DNA of 63,662 bases, filler included, from Collodictyon triciliatum (lineage: Eukaryota): the NCBI GenBank assembly GCA_043381765.1. It is 55 parts of 55 records of this genome, joined end to end, with 100 filler letters (N's around TTAATTAATTAA, not from the genome) between each part and the next. Parts side by side here need not be neighbours in the genome. Positions count along the whole stretch, not along the records: positions 24,439 to 25,498 come from JBHJMP010012476.1; positions 25,599 to 26,659 come from JBHJMP010012477.1; positions 26,760 to 27,819 come from JBHJMP010012478.1; positions 27,920 to 28,978 come from JBHJMP010012479.1; positions 29,079 to 30,137 come from JBHJMP010012480.1; positions 30,238 to 31,296 come from JBHJMP010012481.1; positions 31,397 to 32,454 come from JBHJMP010012482.1; positions 32,555 to 33,612 come from JBHJMP010012483.1; 47 more parts are not named here. One strand, given 5' to 3'. Positions within the stretch are counted from its first letter, which is position 1. Every line of letters starts with the position of its first letter. Shown piece by piece: positions 24,586 through 38,598 of this stretch. Position numbers and translations under genes: made by a program. Below the pieces are notes generated by a model. It was not told the DNA's origin, ran no database searches, and worked only from the letters and a program-made list of their open reading frames with translations.

Positions 24586-25603
24586 AGCTTATAAAATAAA
24601 AAAAATAAAAAAAAAGTTAAAACAGTTTCTACTATAAACATGAACGAGTCAAATATAATAACTTTACAGGTATCTAAATAACATGCTCGGAAAAGTTCCT
24701 GTGAGACTCAGGTTTATGTTTTCTGTTTGATTTTCATGCATAAAAAAAAAAGATCGCTTGTAGCATGATCTATGACAGGATGGTTGTGTTATTTTGTGAT
24801 TATTCTGAAGGATAACTATTTCAATTATATTTATCATTATGTTGTAAATAACACATATTGGGGTACCATTTCACATATTTTTGGAAAAAAAACTATATAT
24901 TCCACAATTCTATATGAAATTAACTATTCAACAGTAGAAGAAGGTAACTAAAAAATAGATAGGATAGTAAATTAGGAGCTATTCTGATTCACTTATATGC
25001 AAAGATATTATAAATAGAGTATATTTTCCACTTCTAAAAGCTTCATCAATATGTCGTGTACATATTCGGCAAAATTGATGATGATCATATCCCTTACATT
25101 AATATTGTATACATTATCTGATTATGTATAGTGTATTATATAAAGAGATAAAAATAGCACAACTTGCATCAAAATGGGTTTGATATGAATCATGGACCAA
25201 TTTTGATCATAACATCCAAGTATGGTTAGGATTGGAAACACATATTATATGACTATAATGTAACATATACATAGAATAATCATGATTGTCTATCTATTTC
25301 TGTTATTATGGAAACATATGTATTAATTGTATGCATATATTATACAACCTTCGAGGTAAAGGTTGTATTACACAAGTTTTATTATAATAAATGATATCTT
25401 CCGCATTTGGATGGGATGACAGGTGCAATTATTTTTTGATCAACTTGACAACAAAACAAAACAAAACACAGTCAGAAACAAAACAAAACAAAACACAGNN
25501 NNNNNNNNNNNNNNNNNNNNNNNNNNNNNNNNNNNNNNNNNNTTAATTAATTAANNNNNNNNNNNNNNNNNNNNNNNNNNNNNNNNNNNNNNNNNNNNAT
25601 AAA

Positions 25604-25694
<91 letters not shown>

Positions 25695-25721
25695 GTTGAA
25701 AAGGGTACACCAATTCAATAC

Positions 25722-26451
25722 CCGTTTCGATGTCAACGCTCCACAAATTGTCACATCCATCCAAGTCACTAGAGAACAAAACACTGCGTCCATCGGGGGC
25801 GAACGTAGGGTGGATTTCATGAGCGACGCCGCCTCTGAGAAGAGTTGCCACGCCGCCAGTGAGGGGAAGTGTGTAAATATCGCCCAAAAGATCAAAAACC
25901 TGTGCAGATAGATCTCGATTACTCACAGAATGGGTAATATGAGGACATGTTCCTTTAAGAGGGACTATGTGTAATGTAGTAGTCAAAATAAAAATGAATG
26001 AGAATAATGCTATTTGGAAAACAAAAGCCCCAGGCAAATAGTTTTATTATAAAATATTTAAAGGACAAGTAAAAACAGCTATTAGAATTGTGGGGCATAA
26101 ATCATATCATATAATGCGCAATTGGACGCGAAGATAGGGTAAAAAATATAGTTAACGAAATAAATACAAGAGTTTATATATTAAGCAACCAAACATCATG
26201 ACAGCTTCATAGCATTGAAATGAAAAATTCAAGCTGCGGAGACTGTGACTCCATAAGGGATATAGTAAGGAAGACCGTACCAGCAAATCCTGCGTTGGAT
26301 GCAGATCAAGACTCATCCAAGTGCCTTCGTTCACACTGAACGGAGATCGACGCGGATGATTCGCAGTGATGTCCCACGGCTGCGGTGGGCGCAGAGGAAA
26401 GTCGTAGTCATCTGCATCGACGCCTGCGTCACGATTCGGAATGTCTGCGGG
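25722..26451 (-). CDS. TolB/PD40 beta-propeller protein (N-terminus of amidohydrolase-fusion family), two exons: 26451-26281 and 25899-25722
   Basis: Spliced: ...WDI...FSVNEGTWMSLDLHPTQDLL|VFDLLGDIYTLPLTGG...PTFAPDGRSVLFSSDLDGCDNLW; GT-AG intron. Confidence 0.8.
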
Positions 26452-28249
26452 CTGGAGCGGAGCGGACAGAGTCGGTTAATGTTGCGCCAAGAGAGGGGAA
26501 ATATGTTCGCATGTTTTTTATGTTTTTTTTTTAACGTTTTCAAGTTTTTTTTTATGTTTTTTTATGTTTTTTATGTTTTTTATGTTTTTTATGTTTTTTA
26601 TGTTTTTTTATGTTTTTTTTATGTTTTTTTATGTTTTTTTATGTTTTTTTATGTTTTTTNNNNNNNNNNNNNNNNNNNNNNNNNNNNNNNNNNNNNNNNN
26701 NNNTTAATTAATTAANNNNNNNNNNNNNNNNNNNNNNNNNNNNNNNNNNNNNNNNNNNNATAATATTCTAATTTTACTCGTCAATATAGTTGACTCCATC
26801 GTTGTGGACATATCACAGCAATTTATTCTATTGCAATAATGTCGTTCGATCCCTTCAGCTACGCTTCACGACCGACCATTGCGCTGGTAGATATCAGAAA
26901 ATATTGCTCTTCGAATTCCTTCATTCAAAAGGTAGTTTGAAATATCAAGAACAATTCATTATGAAAGGTGCCTTACCGTAACTGATAGACATACAATCTG
27001 CTTCGTTATTACTTTCATGTACTATTCATTATTTTTCAACATTTGAACTTCCACTCTACCACACACCAGAATATTACTCTGACCTGAATTCACCCGAACA
27101 TGTTGACTGTAAACACATTCAAATATGGGCATCTTTCCTCTCATTCGAGTTTGTTCTGAATCCTTGCGAGACAACGGGATATTTTTTCAGTCAATTAAAA
27201 AATATAACACCAAGCTTATATGAAGATAGTCAACTGCTTAGTCGAGATACAAAGGTATGCTTCCAACACGTTTGGGTATCGTTCGCACCCTATTTATGAT
27301 GGAAACGATTTTTTCGATGCGTATATTTTGGTGCATGTTGGCTCTCATAATTTTTTGGATATTAGTTTCACATTCTTGTTCTATAATGAAAAAACTGTAG
27401 GTCAGTCATCATCTGTTGACGGACTTTATTCAGAATTCGAGAAAGAATCAGTTGGCTTATCAATATATGAATCCACAAAGCTTGAGCGAACCAAAATTAT
27501 TATTTTACATGTTGCATGATGGTCCCAAGAGGTATTTATCACTTATTCAGGCCTATCCCTCTTAAATTACATGAAATCACGATTGAATACAAATATATCC
27601 TCACCAAACTAACTTGTACTATAAATTCTTAGCCCCCTCTTTGTATCCAAAGGCTTCCTTTCTTTCCAAGTCGACTCAGTTTGTGTTTATTTATTAATTT
27701 AAAAGAAAACCACTCATTTTTCTAGGAAAACTATGACGAGATATGAAATGAACTTATTTTATCTACCAACACTATACCTGGCGAATTTCTTCAACTTTTT
27801 GTAGACACCGTATACTGATNNNNNNNNNNNNNNNNNNNNNNNNNNNNNNNNNNNNNNNNNNNNTTAATTAATTAANNNNNNNNNNNNNNNNNNNNNNNNN
27901 NNNNNNNNNNNNNNNNNNNATGTTTTTTGTATGTTTTTTTGTATGTTTTTTTGTATGTTTTTTTGTATGTTTTTTTGTATGTTTTTTGTATGTTTTTTGT
28001 ATGTTTTTTTGTATGTTTTCTTGTATGTTTTTTTGTATGTTTTTTGTATGTTTTTTTTGTATGTTTTTTTGTATGTTTTTTTGTATGTTTTTTTTGTGGC
28101 AGATTATCAATAGATATCCTGTAGAGTGCTATGCTTATAGATAGAACATATGAACCAGTGTCCGGAAGAAAAAAAGACGGACAGTCAATAGATATATTTT
28201 TTCGAAGAAAAGAGAAGACAAATACAAAGAAGCGTGTGTTGCATCCTAC

Positions 28250-28647
28250 CTCTGTTTCACAAGAGCATCAAACCCAGGGTATTGATTGGCATATTCCGTG
28301 ACACCCACATCGCCCTCTTCGAACGACTCATACACGAAAGGTGCCGGGACTGCTTTTGGTTGATCAACTAAGTCCATCTCTGTGTCATTCTCAGGAGCTG
28401 TCTTTGCTCTTTTGGAACTTGGCTAGTGAATATAAATGAATAAATGAATAAACATTAAATCAATAGCTAAAAAAAGCTATGTGGGGCATGCTATCGATTG
28501 AAAGGTAATAAGAGTTTAATGTGAAAAAGACCATACTGCAGGGAAATGAAGTAAAATAACCTCAGTACGGTCGACTTCGTCGTCTGTGTCTGACTTTTCT
28601 GTGGGAACCTTAGTGGCTTCGAAAGATTCTTTGGTTTCTTCTTCCAT
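28250..28647 (-). CDS. PUS7: Pseudouridine synthase 7 (TruD family), first two exons: 28647-28561 and 28422-28250
   Basis: EGDVGVTEYANQYPGFDALVKQR, the conserved TruD/PUS7 N-terminal motif, followed by a GT donor. Confidence 0.75.
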
Positions 28648-28737
28648 TCGGGATGGCGTTACTTGGGCTGCTGAAGAGAAACTTCTATGAGCGAGCCACC
28701 AACCTCCGCCACTTTTATATTTTTATTTTTATTTTTA

Positions 28738-28768
<31 letters not shown>

Positions 28769-30044
28769 TTATTTTATTTATTTTTATTTTATTTATTTTT
28801 ATTTTATTTTTATTTTATTTTTATTTTATTTTTATTTTATTTTTATTTTATTTTATTTTATTTTATTTTATTTTATTTTTATTTTATTTTTATTTTATTT
28901 TATTTTTATTTTATTTTTATTTTATTTTTATTTTATTTTTATTTTATTTTTATTTTATTTTTATTTTATTTTTATTTTNNNNNNNNNNNNNNNNNNNNNN
29001 NNNNNNNNNNNNNNNNNNNNNNTTAATTAATTAANNNNNNNNNNNNNNNNNNNNNNNNNNNNNNNNNNNNNNNNNNNNTTTTTTTTTTTTTTTTTTTTTT
29101 TTTTTTGTAAATTCATAACAATAAAACATCGCACATTTCGTGTTGTGCATTATAAAATGAACCAATATTCCAAAACAAACCGATTATCGTTCGTGTATGT
29201 TTTTCCATTGAGGGAGAACGGAGCAGCCCCAGAGAGATGTTTGGCAAACCTATTCATCATATTAGATAAAGAGTCTTAATACAAAGGCATTGTGCATTAA
29301 CTGCATGTATTTGGTGAAGGTGTGTATGTCCTGCTTTCCAATAAAATAGAGCTTTTTTGACTGTAAGATCGAATCATAAAATTACGTTTCGTAGTATGTC
29401 TTACTAACAGCATCCACCAGATTTTGTTTCGCCTTGAGGTGGTCTATCGATAGAACGCTCTTATTTTGTAACAAAGATGGTACCGAGCGGGAGGGTTTTG
29501 TATACTTATAAATTGCAGTGTAATTTTAAGGTGAGAAATTGAAAATATTTGGATGCGATCATAGAAAGTGGAATATGATATTCGATTGAATAGTTTGATA
29601 ATTCTTTATATTAAAGTCCGATACTTCTAGTTTCTCTGGATTGCGGCGACGATTCGATGAAAGAAACAAATCAAGTTCACATGGAGTGAAATATGCGATG
29701 GCAAAATTATTGACCATCTCATAAACAATAGCAAATTGGCCACGAATGGTAGCAAGCTGCTCGATAGACCTGGCCGTTGTCAAGTCATAATCATTACTGT
29801 CACATCTTAGATTATATTAATTTAAATGAAATTTGGAGTATTAATTGATTTTTATAGTATAGATGTATCGTGTAACTCACTCGAGTTTAATCAAGTATGG
29901 ATCACCAAAGGTCAGAGTCGGGACAGTATCAACTCCTTTTCAAATTCATTCATAAATATATTTAGATATATTTGCATCACGATTAACCAAAAAAATTTTG
30001 TTTCTTTGTTTTCAGCTACATGCTCTTCTTTTCCTTTCTAAATG

Positions 30045-30137
<93 letters not shown>

Positions 30138-30237
30138 NNNNNNNNNNNNNNNNNNNNNNNNNNNNNNNNNNNNNNNNNNNNTTAATTAATTAANNNNNNN
30201 NNNNNNNNNNNNNNNNNNNNNNNNNNNNNNNNNNNNN

Positions 30238-30365
30238 ATTCCTGATTACCGACTACTTCTCCGCCACCCGGCCACCAGGTAGCGTTAGTGCAAAAGAAGG
30301 CTGGCAGCTTGGAGACAGGAACTTCATCTCCACACGCAAAGAAAATTAAACAAAATAAAAAATGG
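30238..30365 (+). mobile_element. LINE family A extreme 3' end
   Basis: Encodes FLITDYFSATRPP followed by an A-rich tail. Confidence 0.7.
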
Positions 30366-31396
30366 CAATGACCCAGTAAGATGGGTTTAGAAGCAAAGTA
30401 AATTGGCTTTGACTTCGGCTTCGTGGAAAAATAAGTTAATCGAACGCGATGGATTCTTTGAACGATGCATTTAAACAGAGCTTTGCATCAAATGGTGGAA
30501 CGAGTTTACTCAGGAAATGAGTTGTAGTGCGTCAGCATAGTTCATATACATATATTTATCACGGGCAAAAGGCATTCAATCAAACAAAAAAAAATCAAGT
30601 ACAGCATTATATCCAAATGGAAAGTTCCTTTTTTTTAAATAAAATTAGCGACTTTCACATGTTGCGTCTACAAGTTACGCATTCATTGTCTGATTTAAAT
30701 CAGCTGCGTCATTTGGACTTTGCCGGAAGTTAGGCCTCGGATTGAATCCAAGTCAGGCCTTTGGTAGTTACAGCTTTTAAGGATTGTATGTAGAAGCTCG
30801 ACGCACAATAGATGTATTTAGATGAGTCATGAGTTTTGTTTCTATACTACACCGACCTGCATGTGAATCAAAAACGCGTTCGTGCTTTCAACGAAGACGC
30901 AAGAACTAGGGCGGGCTGTAGGATCATAATAAAACCCTTTCTTTAGACAAAATATAAAAGGAAAAAATCAATGCGCCACATTGACCTTAGCGACAGTGTG
31001 AGATCAATAATTTACAAAAAAGATTTTTCTAGCAGTGGTTTAATCAGTTATTATTTTTACAGAATATCCAATAATATCGTATATTTCTTTTGAAAAGTAA
31101 AAAAAAGTAATATTATAGCATAAACCTTTGCTTTGTGTTGGGTTTTAGAAGCCATTATAATGAGTAAAGATACTCGAAAGGCCCGCGTCAATTAACCCCG
31201 CATCAAATATCAGCCTTTTCAAAAAAAAAAAACATACATTAAAAAAGAAACGGTATTCATCTTCGGCGATGTGTTTGATCAATAAACTATTGAAAANNNN
31301 NNNNNNNNNNNNNNNNNNNNNNNNNNNNNNNNNNNNNNNNTTAATTAATTAANNNNNNNNNNNNNNNNNNNNNNNNNNNNNNNNNNNNNNNNNNNN

Positions 31397-32454
31397 TCGC
31401 TCTTCAGATTCAGAACCATACTGGTGATACTTCCAAGAACTTGCTGCAGGTGAACACGGGCTTTGATTGTTTCGCCAAATGAAATGGAATTTTCAATAGC
31501 GACCCCAGCCTGTTAAAATGGGCAGGTTCTCAGCATATGATTGTAAAAGTGAATTCCTTTCTGAGGGATGGCGATATTATGCATAATCACCTGTGCACTG
31601 AATGCTTGCAGGAGCTCCTCATCCACAGCATCAAACTTGGCACCAGATAGCTACGAAGGTGTTGGTCTTTAAAACGACTGACATAAAAATTAAAATGAAA
31701 CTAAATGCAAATAAAGTTCAGGAGGAGGAACAATATTCTAACCTTATTTATCATTTGTGTCACACCAACAATTTTTTGCTGCATGGGATTAATAATTGGC
31801 ATGCACAAGATGCTTTTCGTTCTGTAGCCTGGTGATTTCGAATAAAAGTAAAATAAGCATTTAGCAGTCACAAAAAAAAAAACTCAATTTAGATAAAGTT
31901 ATCAGAACCTGTCTTTTTGTCTATGTCTCTGTTGAAACGTGGGTCATCATAGGCATCAGGAATGTTCAGCGTGACTCCAGAGGTGGCAACATATCCTGCT
32001 ATTCCCAGGTTCATAGGAAAGCGGATTTCTGCAGCACCTTCAGCCACTTGCGACCATAATTCTTTCCTTTCCTTTTGTGTCCATTCATTCGGGGTATCAT
32101 TACAATCAGTAATGCTTGTCATCATTGAAAGTCATACGCGTATGTAAAGCCAACAGACAACTTTCTGAATAATAGTATTCTTGCCTGGTCTAAAAGAAAC
32201 AAAGTACACCGGTCCGCATTTAGCAATTCTTTTGCTTTTTGCATGATGACTTTGCACAAAGCCTAGCATAGCAGAATGGTTTAAAACAAGGAGATACATA
32301 CTAGAAACTAACGCAATTTAAGAGACAATAAGAATTGAATAGAATATGTATTTGGCAGTATTTGAAGAAAAAGGAAAACCTTTAAGTTCAGCTCTGACGA
32401 CATCTGACGAGACAAGTCTAGCATTACAGAAATTCGATGCTGTGTTGTCACGGA
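31397..32454 (-). CDS. GAF-domain signalling protein (second GAF and start of a PAS-like segment), multi-exon
   Basis: Spliced ELLNADRCTLFLLDQ|ERKELWSQVAEG...GIAGYVA...IPDAYDDPRFNRDIDKKT|GYRTKSILCMPI...QMINK|...AGVAIEN; overlaps contig 47597-48652 by 69 nt. Confidence 0.9.
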
Positions 32455-32758
32455 NNNNNNNNNNNNNNNNNNNNNNNNNNNNNNNNNNNNNNNNNNNNTT
32501 AATTAATTAANNNNNNNNNNNNNNNNNNNNNNNNNNNNNNNNNNNNNNNNNNNNTTTCTTTTTCTTTTTCTTTTTCTTTTTCTTTTTCTTTTTCTTTTTC
32601 TTTTTCTTTTTCTTTTTCTTTTTCTTTTTCTTTTTCTTTTTCTTTTTCTCTTTATCTCTACAAATCACAATCGAATAAAAGGGAAAAAATACACAAATCA
32701 CAAAACGAGGCGTCAGCGGCAACAACAGATATAATACAATTCTAATCTCGCTCTGCAG

Positions 32759-33412
32759 CAACACATCTCCAATATTCCTGCAACTCATCGAGTGTGTGTG
32801 GCAAATCATGGAACAGGCGCCACACGTCTTTGAATTCAACGAGCGGTTCCTCCTGACAATCCTGGACCACGTCTATTCATGCTGCTTCGGCACGTTCCTT
32901 TTCAATTGCAGCCGAGAACGTGATGTAAGCAATATCTTTCATAACTCAATTATCTATTTGCTTTTTGTTTTGTTTTGTTTTGTTTTGTTTTGTTTTGTTT
33001 TGTTTTGAAAGAGCAAGAGACCACGGGCTTCTTTTCCGTTCGCCTCGCACACGGCAACACACTCTGATTGGATTACCGCCCCAGAACGCCCGTGTGCGCG
33101 AGCGGACTGTGTCGCTCTGGTCTTTCCTAAACAACAACACGGAGATGTTTGTGAATCCGCTCTACCAGGCACCAGCCGAAGGAATGCGGGTCGTTCGTCC
33201 GTCCACAAACAGTCGTGTACGTCCCAACTATCCCGCACCAGACAATCCCTTTTCTTTTTCTTTTTCTCTTTCTTTTTGTTTCACAAAAGACCGTTGTATA
33301 TCTTGTTCCCCAGATGCTGAGACTGTTTGAACCATACTTCCTTCGGTATCACTACGCGCTCCGGCCAAGGGAGAGAAAGCCGCACCCGTCGGATGGGAAG
33401 AAGCTGAAATAA
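32759..33412 (+). CDS. Myotubularin-family phosphoinositide phosphatase, last three exons
   Basis: [56 protein letters not shown]...FVNPLY; TAA at 33410-33412. Confidence 0.9.
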
Positions 33413-33538
33413 ACCAAAGCACGCACACGGCCCTCGATCGGCGGCTGTGTTCTTTGCTGCCGGGAAATCCTCTTCGGCTCCATCTCTTTTGCTGCTTCGT
33501 GGGCGACAGAGGAAGGATTGGCCTCGATACCTGCACCA

Positions 33539-33573
<35 letters not shown>

Positions 33574-33712
33574 CCTTTTTTTTTTTGTTTTTTTTTTTTT
33601 TTTTTTTTTTTTNNNNNNNNNNNNNNNNNNNNNNNNNNNNNNNNNNNNNNNNNNNNTTAATTAATTAANNNNNNNNNNNNNNNNNNNNNNNNNNNNNNNN
33701 NNNNNNNNNNNN

Positions 33713-33815
<103 letters not shown>

Positions 33816-35029
33816 TTACTACTACTACTAATAGTAATAATAATAATAATAAATAAAAATAAAAATAATAAAAAGTCTCGTATATCAGATAAACGTCCAT
33901 TACATCCTGAAAACCAACAAAATTTCATAGGTCATGGAGTAGGAGTACAAAATACAGAGTTCACAGGGATTCTGATAGTTTAACTGTGATATGAATGAAA
34001 TTCACAATTTGTTTCTGTCTCACGCAATTTTTATGAATATTATGAAAACTCTAAACAGCATCAATGCATATTTTTATGTACCTGTTTGATATTGAAATAT
34101 TCTTTTGTTATAAATGACATCAAATGATACACAATTATCATGCATTTTCATCATTCATTGATGTATTGATATCAAATCATCAACCGGATTAATACTTCAT
34201 TACAGTATCAATGGTTTACCTTTAATTTTCGATGAAATCGCTCACGCTACTTCTGCCAAGGTGTCATAAAATGTTTCTCAATTCAACTCTTCGTACTTTC
34301 AATATTTTTGAATAGAAAATAAGCAAAATCATCCAATTATCAGATATATCCAAGTACGATTAAAAATGCAAAGGACATACTACAAAATCTGTTGGAAGGT
34401 GAATGTTCCCCAGAGTTTGAGACTTTTGCAAACACATCGAATTTGTCTATTTAGTAAGGTATGTTCTCTTACACATATTTACTTTTGTATGCTCACATGT
34501 CCTTTTACTTTTTATATTTTTTTTTCTTGATTGCATTAATGTTTTGTATATTTCCAAAATCTCTTTATTATTATTCTCTGGTATGTCTAGTGAAAGAGTA
34601 ATATAAAAATGTTCATTTTTATATTTGAGTTTCAAAATAAAAGACAATTACTGAATCAAGTTCACACCCAGTTTTAAGGCTATTTATCATATCAAATGGC
34701 ATATGTGTCATACTATACCATCGATTGACTCAATCAAAATGATGATTTTTCATGATCAAATCTAGTTCTANNNNNNNNNNNNNNNNNNNNNNNNNNNNNN
34801 NNNNNNNNNNNNNNTTAATTAATTAANNNNNNNNNNNNNNNNNNNNNNNNNNNNNNNNNNNNNNNNNNNNTTTTTTTTCTTTTTTTGTGCTTTTTTAATT
34901 TTTTTTTTTTTTTTTTTTTTTTTTAGCCAGTCATGGTCAGTGAAATATTTTCGTCAAAAAAAAATCTAAAGTGCTTTCCATCTCTAAATATTGTATCTAG
35001 TGAAATGGGACACACATATCATATTTTGA

Positions 35030-35425
35030 TCTCAACTTCCGGTGGAATCTGCATGACATTCTTTTTGGCCCACAATACCGAATGACCACGACTCTAGAAT
35101 ACTCTGGACAGTCACAAGGGGACATATGCTGCTGTCCTTATGGAGTGTGCGTACGTTCTCTCGCTCTAATGATTCACCCGAACGAGAAATCAATGTATCC
35201 AGGCTTGAAAGCCTCGTGCAATACAGCTTCCCGAACAGCTTGCTGAAACACGCCTGCATTCTTCGCTACTCTGACCGCAAGCGAAGAGAGATGTGGGAAT
35301 GTGTCGTGCGATATCTCCCACAGCATATCCAATCCCTGATACCCACGCAACCAATCAACCAGTTGGGTCGCCCACCTGACCAACTCGCTATCACTGATTT
35401 CTTTCCAGTGCTAGCCTCTTCCTAG
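35030..35425 (+). mobile_element. LINE family B ORF2 C-terminal remnant
   Basis: ILWTVTRGHMLLSLWSVR...YSDRKRREMW...QLAITDFFPVLASS*; aligns with family A LWAVTRGYLLWTMWIAR. Confidence 0.8.
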
Positions 35426-35764
35426 TACCATCTTCTACTCCCATCTGCTAACAACCATGTATATTTTAATTACTACTGTAAGGTTAAACCCCGTTGCACA
35501 TTAGATGGAACAAACAGAAAAATTCTTTAAAGATGAGATTTCATCTAATTTCTTTCTTCATCCCTTTCAATTTTATGTATTTACTTTTATGCTTTTTTTC
35601 TCGACGGATAGATATGATGTTTTTTGTTGTATCAGAAGAAACAATCCAGTTAACATAATTCGTTGTGGTCGGTGGGCAAAGCGGTTCGGCGGTGTGGTAC
35701 TTTCTTCCTTACTCTTTCATCTCGCTTTTCTATTATTTTTATTTTTGACGTCGTGAATTCTGGT

Positions 35765-35928
35765 TTATATTTCCTTTTCGCATGTTATTATCAGAATATT
35801 ATCATTGTAGGTATAGTCCCTATTTGCTTGGTTCTGGTGCTCTAACTCGGCGATTCCTTCTTCGAGCTGCGCGTCAGTAAAGTCGGAGAACACCGACCAG
35901 AATCGATTTCGAACCATCGTATACCACC
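35765..35928 (-). CDS. Probable class I SAM-dependent methyltransferase C-terminus
   Basis: WYTMVRNRFWSVFSDFTDAQLEEGIAELE...ILIITCEKEI*. Confidence 0.5.
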
Positions 35929-36028
35929 NNNNNNNNNNNNNNNNNNNNNNNNNNNNNNNNNNNNNNNNNNNNTTAATTAATTAANNNNNNNNNNNNNNNN
36001 NNNNNNNNNNNNNNNNNNNNNNNNNNNN

Positions 36029-36121
<93 letters not shown>

Positions 36122-36124
<3 letters not shown>

Positions 36125-37040
36125 AGATAGGCCCAAGGCACACGACCAAAAAAACCCACTCTGAAAATAATGACTTTCGAATTGCAGTGCACGACAAGGC
36201 TCTCAAGGTCGGAGTGCGGCAGGTGTTTATGGAGGACCTGTAGAAAAAGTTTATCAAGGATTACATCTTCCGGGTCATCCAGGCAGAATGCATATGTCAA
36301 GGCCGGTACTTGTTGGAGACGTTGCTGGCGCGGCTGGTGATTGCGTGGTGGCTGGTACACTTCAAGCTCCATCTAAGTGCTGTACCCGATGCTGCGCATC
36401 ATCGCTCCGTGGTGGCTGCTGGAGTTCTCAGCATCCTTCCAAAGCCGTCCTACTCCCATATAGATCCCAACCATATTACTATTAATTAGGCGCGACAAGT
36501 TTATACCCTTCTTCGCCCCTAGAAATAATAGTCAATGCAAGTATATTCACCTTAATGAAGTGGGTTAAAACAGATACGTAAAAAAAAAACAGTGTAAGGT
36601 TTAATTCATTAGAAAAGATTGAGATGTTATTGACGGGTTTTCATGCTGATATTGTGTTAAGTTTGAATATCGAATAGTAAACATATAAAACTAATTAGTT
36701 CGATTTGACTGAGCAATAAGATAAACACAAAGGTTATTTCGTCGTCCTATCCACATGAGCGACGACCAAGTAAATTCTCATAATTTGAGAAGGAAGTAAG
36801 AAAAAAAATTGGCTGCAAAATGAGAAGCATAATGAGTCGCCTGAAGAAAAAAGGGAAACCCAACTAGCAAATATGCAGGTGTACGACAGGCAAAGGAAGA
36901 AAAAGGGAGACACTGCAGCAAATAGAAGAATGGCTTCATGACCAAGCAATCCGCGCAATGAATCGAAGAGAACAAGAAAGGCCTAATGAAAGGGTTAGTA
37001 GGCTTCATGTTCTAGCCATCAAGTCATAGACGACATAATT
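36122..37040. repeat. Diverged duplicate of 52334-53274
   Basis: Colinear, highly similar sequence over about 0.9 kb with scattered substitutions and small indels. Confidence 0.9.
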
Positions 37041-38598
37041 ATGAATATAGTGCTCAGTATTAATTGTATGGTTCGTTCATCCGTTTNNNNNNNNNNNNNN
37101 NNNNNNNNNNNNNNNNNNNNNNNNNNNNNNTTAATTAATTAANNNNNNNNNNNNNNNNNNNNNNNNNNNNNNNNNNNNNNNNNNNNTCGAATGAAAAATA
37201 GAAATATTACTATCTTGATATTACTTTACCTTGCGTTGTTAGCCCAGATTGTTTCAGTGTGGAGTGCGTTTCTAATAACCCGTCAACTCTTTATGGAGAG
37301 GTCCTGTAAAAGTTGCTTCTTGCTTGAGCGATGCTGATTCTTCCATAGCACCGTGTGGTTGGATTTAAAATAATCGACATTGTCTTTCTATGATTGGATG
37401 CTCGGTCTGTTAGTATTTTGTGATGGCGTTTACCATGGTTTTTTCCTTTGGTTTTTTCTTGCGTTCTGGGACGGATTATGAAAGACAGGGAAACGTAACA
37501 TTGAAGTTTTTTATAAATCACTGCGTAGTTATGATGCCAGATTCTAGTTCAGCGCTTCATTAATCGAAACACGTTTGAACATTTGATGAATACTGCTAAT
37601 ATGAATGCTTGTTTTTCACGTACTTTCAATGTTTTATTTGATGAAGCCACGAGAAATGCCACGGATGATGGGTAGCAAAAAGCTGACCTCTCTTTGTATC
37701 GGCGAAAAAAAAAAGAACGGATAAGTATTAACTTACTCTCTCCCCGCGTTTTATTTCTTTTGGAAAGTATAATGTTCATTTTTGAAGTTAATCGAGTAGC
37801 TGGTTCATATTCTTCTAAAAGTGACACGCAATATCTTTCACGACTTGGGCTTCTTCTTTCCTTATCTTTATGTGAGCGTGGTAGTTCTGGGCATTTGTGC
37901 TTACCTCGAAGGCGGATGTGGCAGCCGAATCTGCACATGTGCTTCCCAGTGCCCTTTTACTAGTGAACAGCTGTGGCTGGGAAGCTTTGCTCGAGCGGAG
38001 TGCTCCGTTCTTGTGCTTGGTTGTGTTTGCTTCAAGCTTGCGCTTTCTTTCTCCATGGTTTTATCATGTCCAAGAAAAATATAAAAAAAACAATAAAATC
38101 AGTTACAAGAGCTTCAGTAAACATCTAATACATGCATTTATATTCATTTGGATATAAATTAATTCATGCTCCTTACCATGCACCAACGAAAAGGCAGCCG
38201 AAGCGAGGCAACGATTTGTGTGGGTGAGAATTACCTGTTATGGNNNNNNNNNNNNNNNNNNNNNNNNNNNNNNNNNNNNNNNNNNNNTTAATTAATTAAN
38301 NNNNNNNNNNNNNNNNNNNNNNNNNNNNNNNNNNNNNNNNNNNTTTTTTTTTTAAAATTTTTTAATTTTTTTAATTTTTTTTTTTTTCGTTTTGGTTTTT
38401 TTTTTTTTTTTTTTTTTTTTTTTGCATATTTTATCGACGATTTGCTTTTTTGGGTGTTGAACTTCGGGGGCTCTTCCTTTTAAAAAAAAACTTTTAATTT
38501 GTGGTTATCCCTTATCTGATACAAATCCTCGCTTGGTTTAAATCTTAATGAGAAATATCAAACAATAATCGAATTTTGCCCTATTATTGTCTTCGAAG

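Noticed and set aside
26760-27600. Degraded long ORF (similar cases at 29200-29800 and 33900-34650)
   Set aside because: Stops and frameshifts with no recognisable motif; cannot be assigned.
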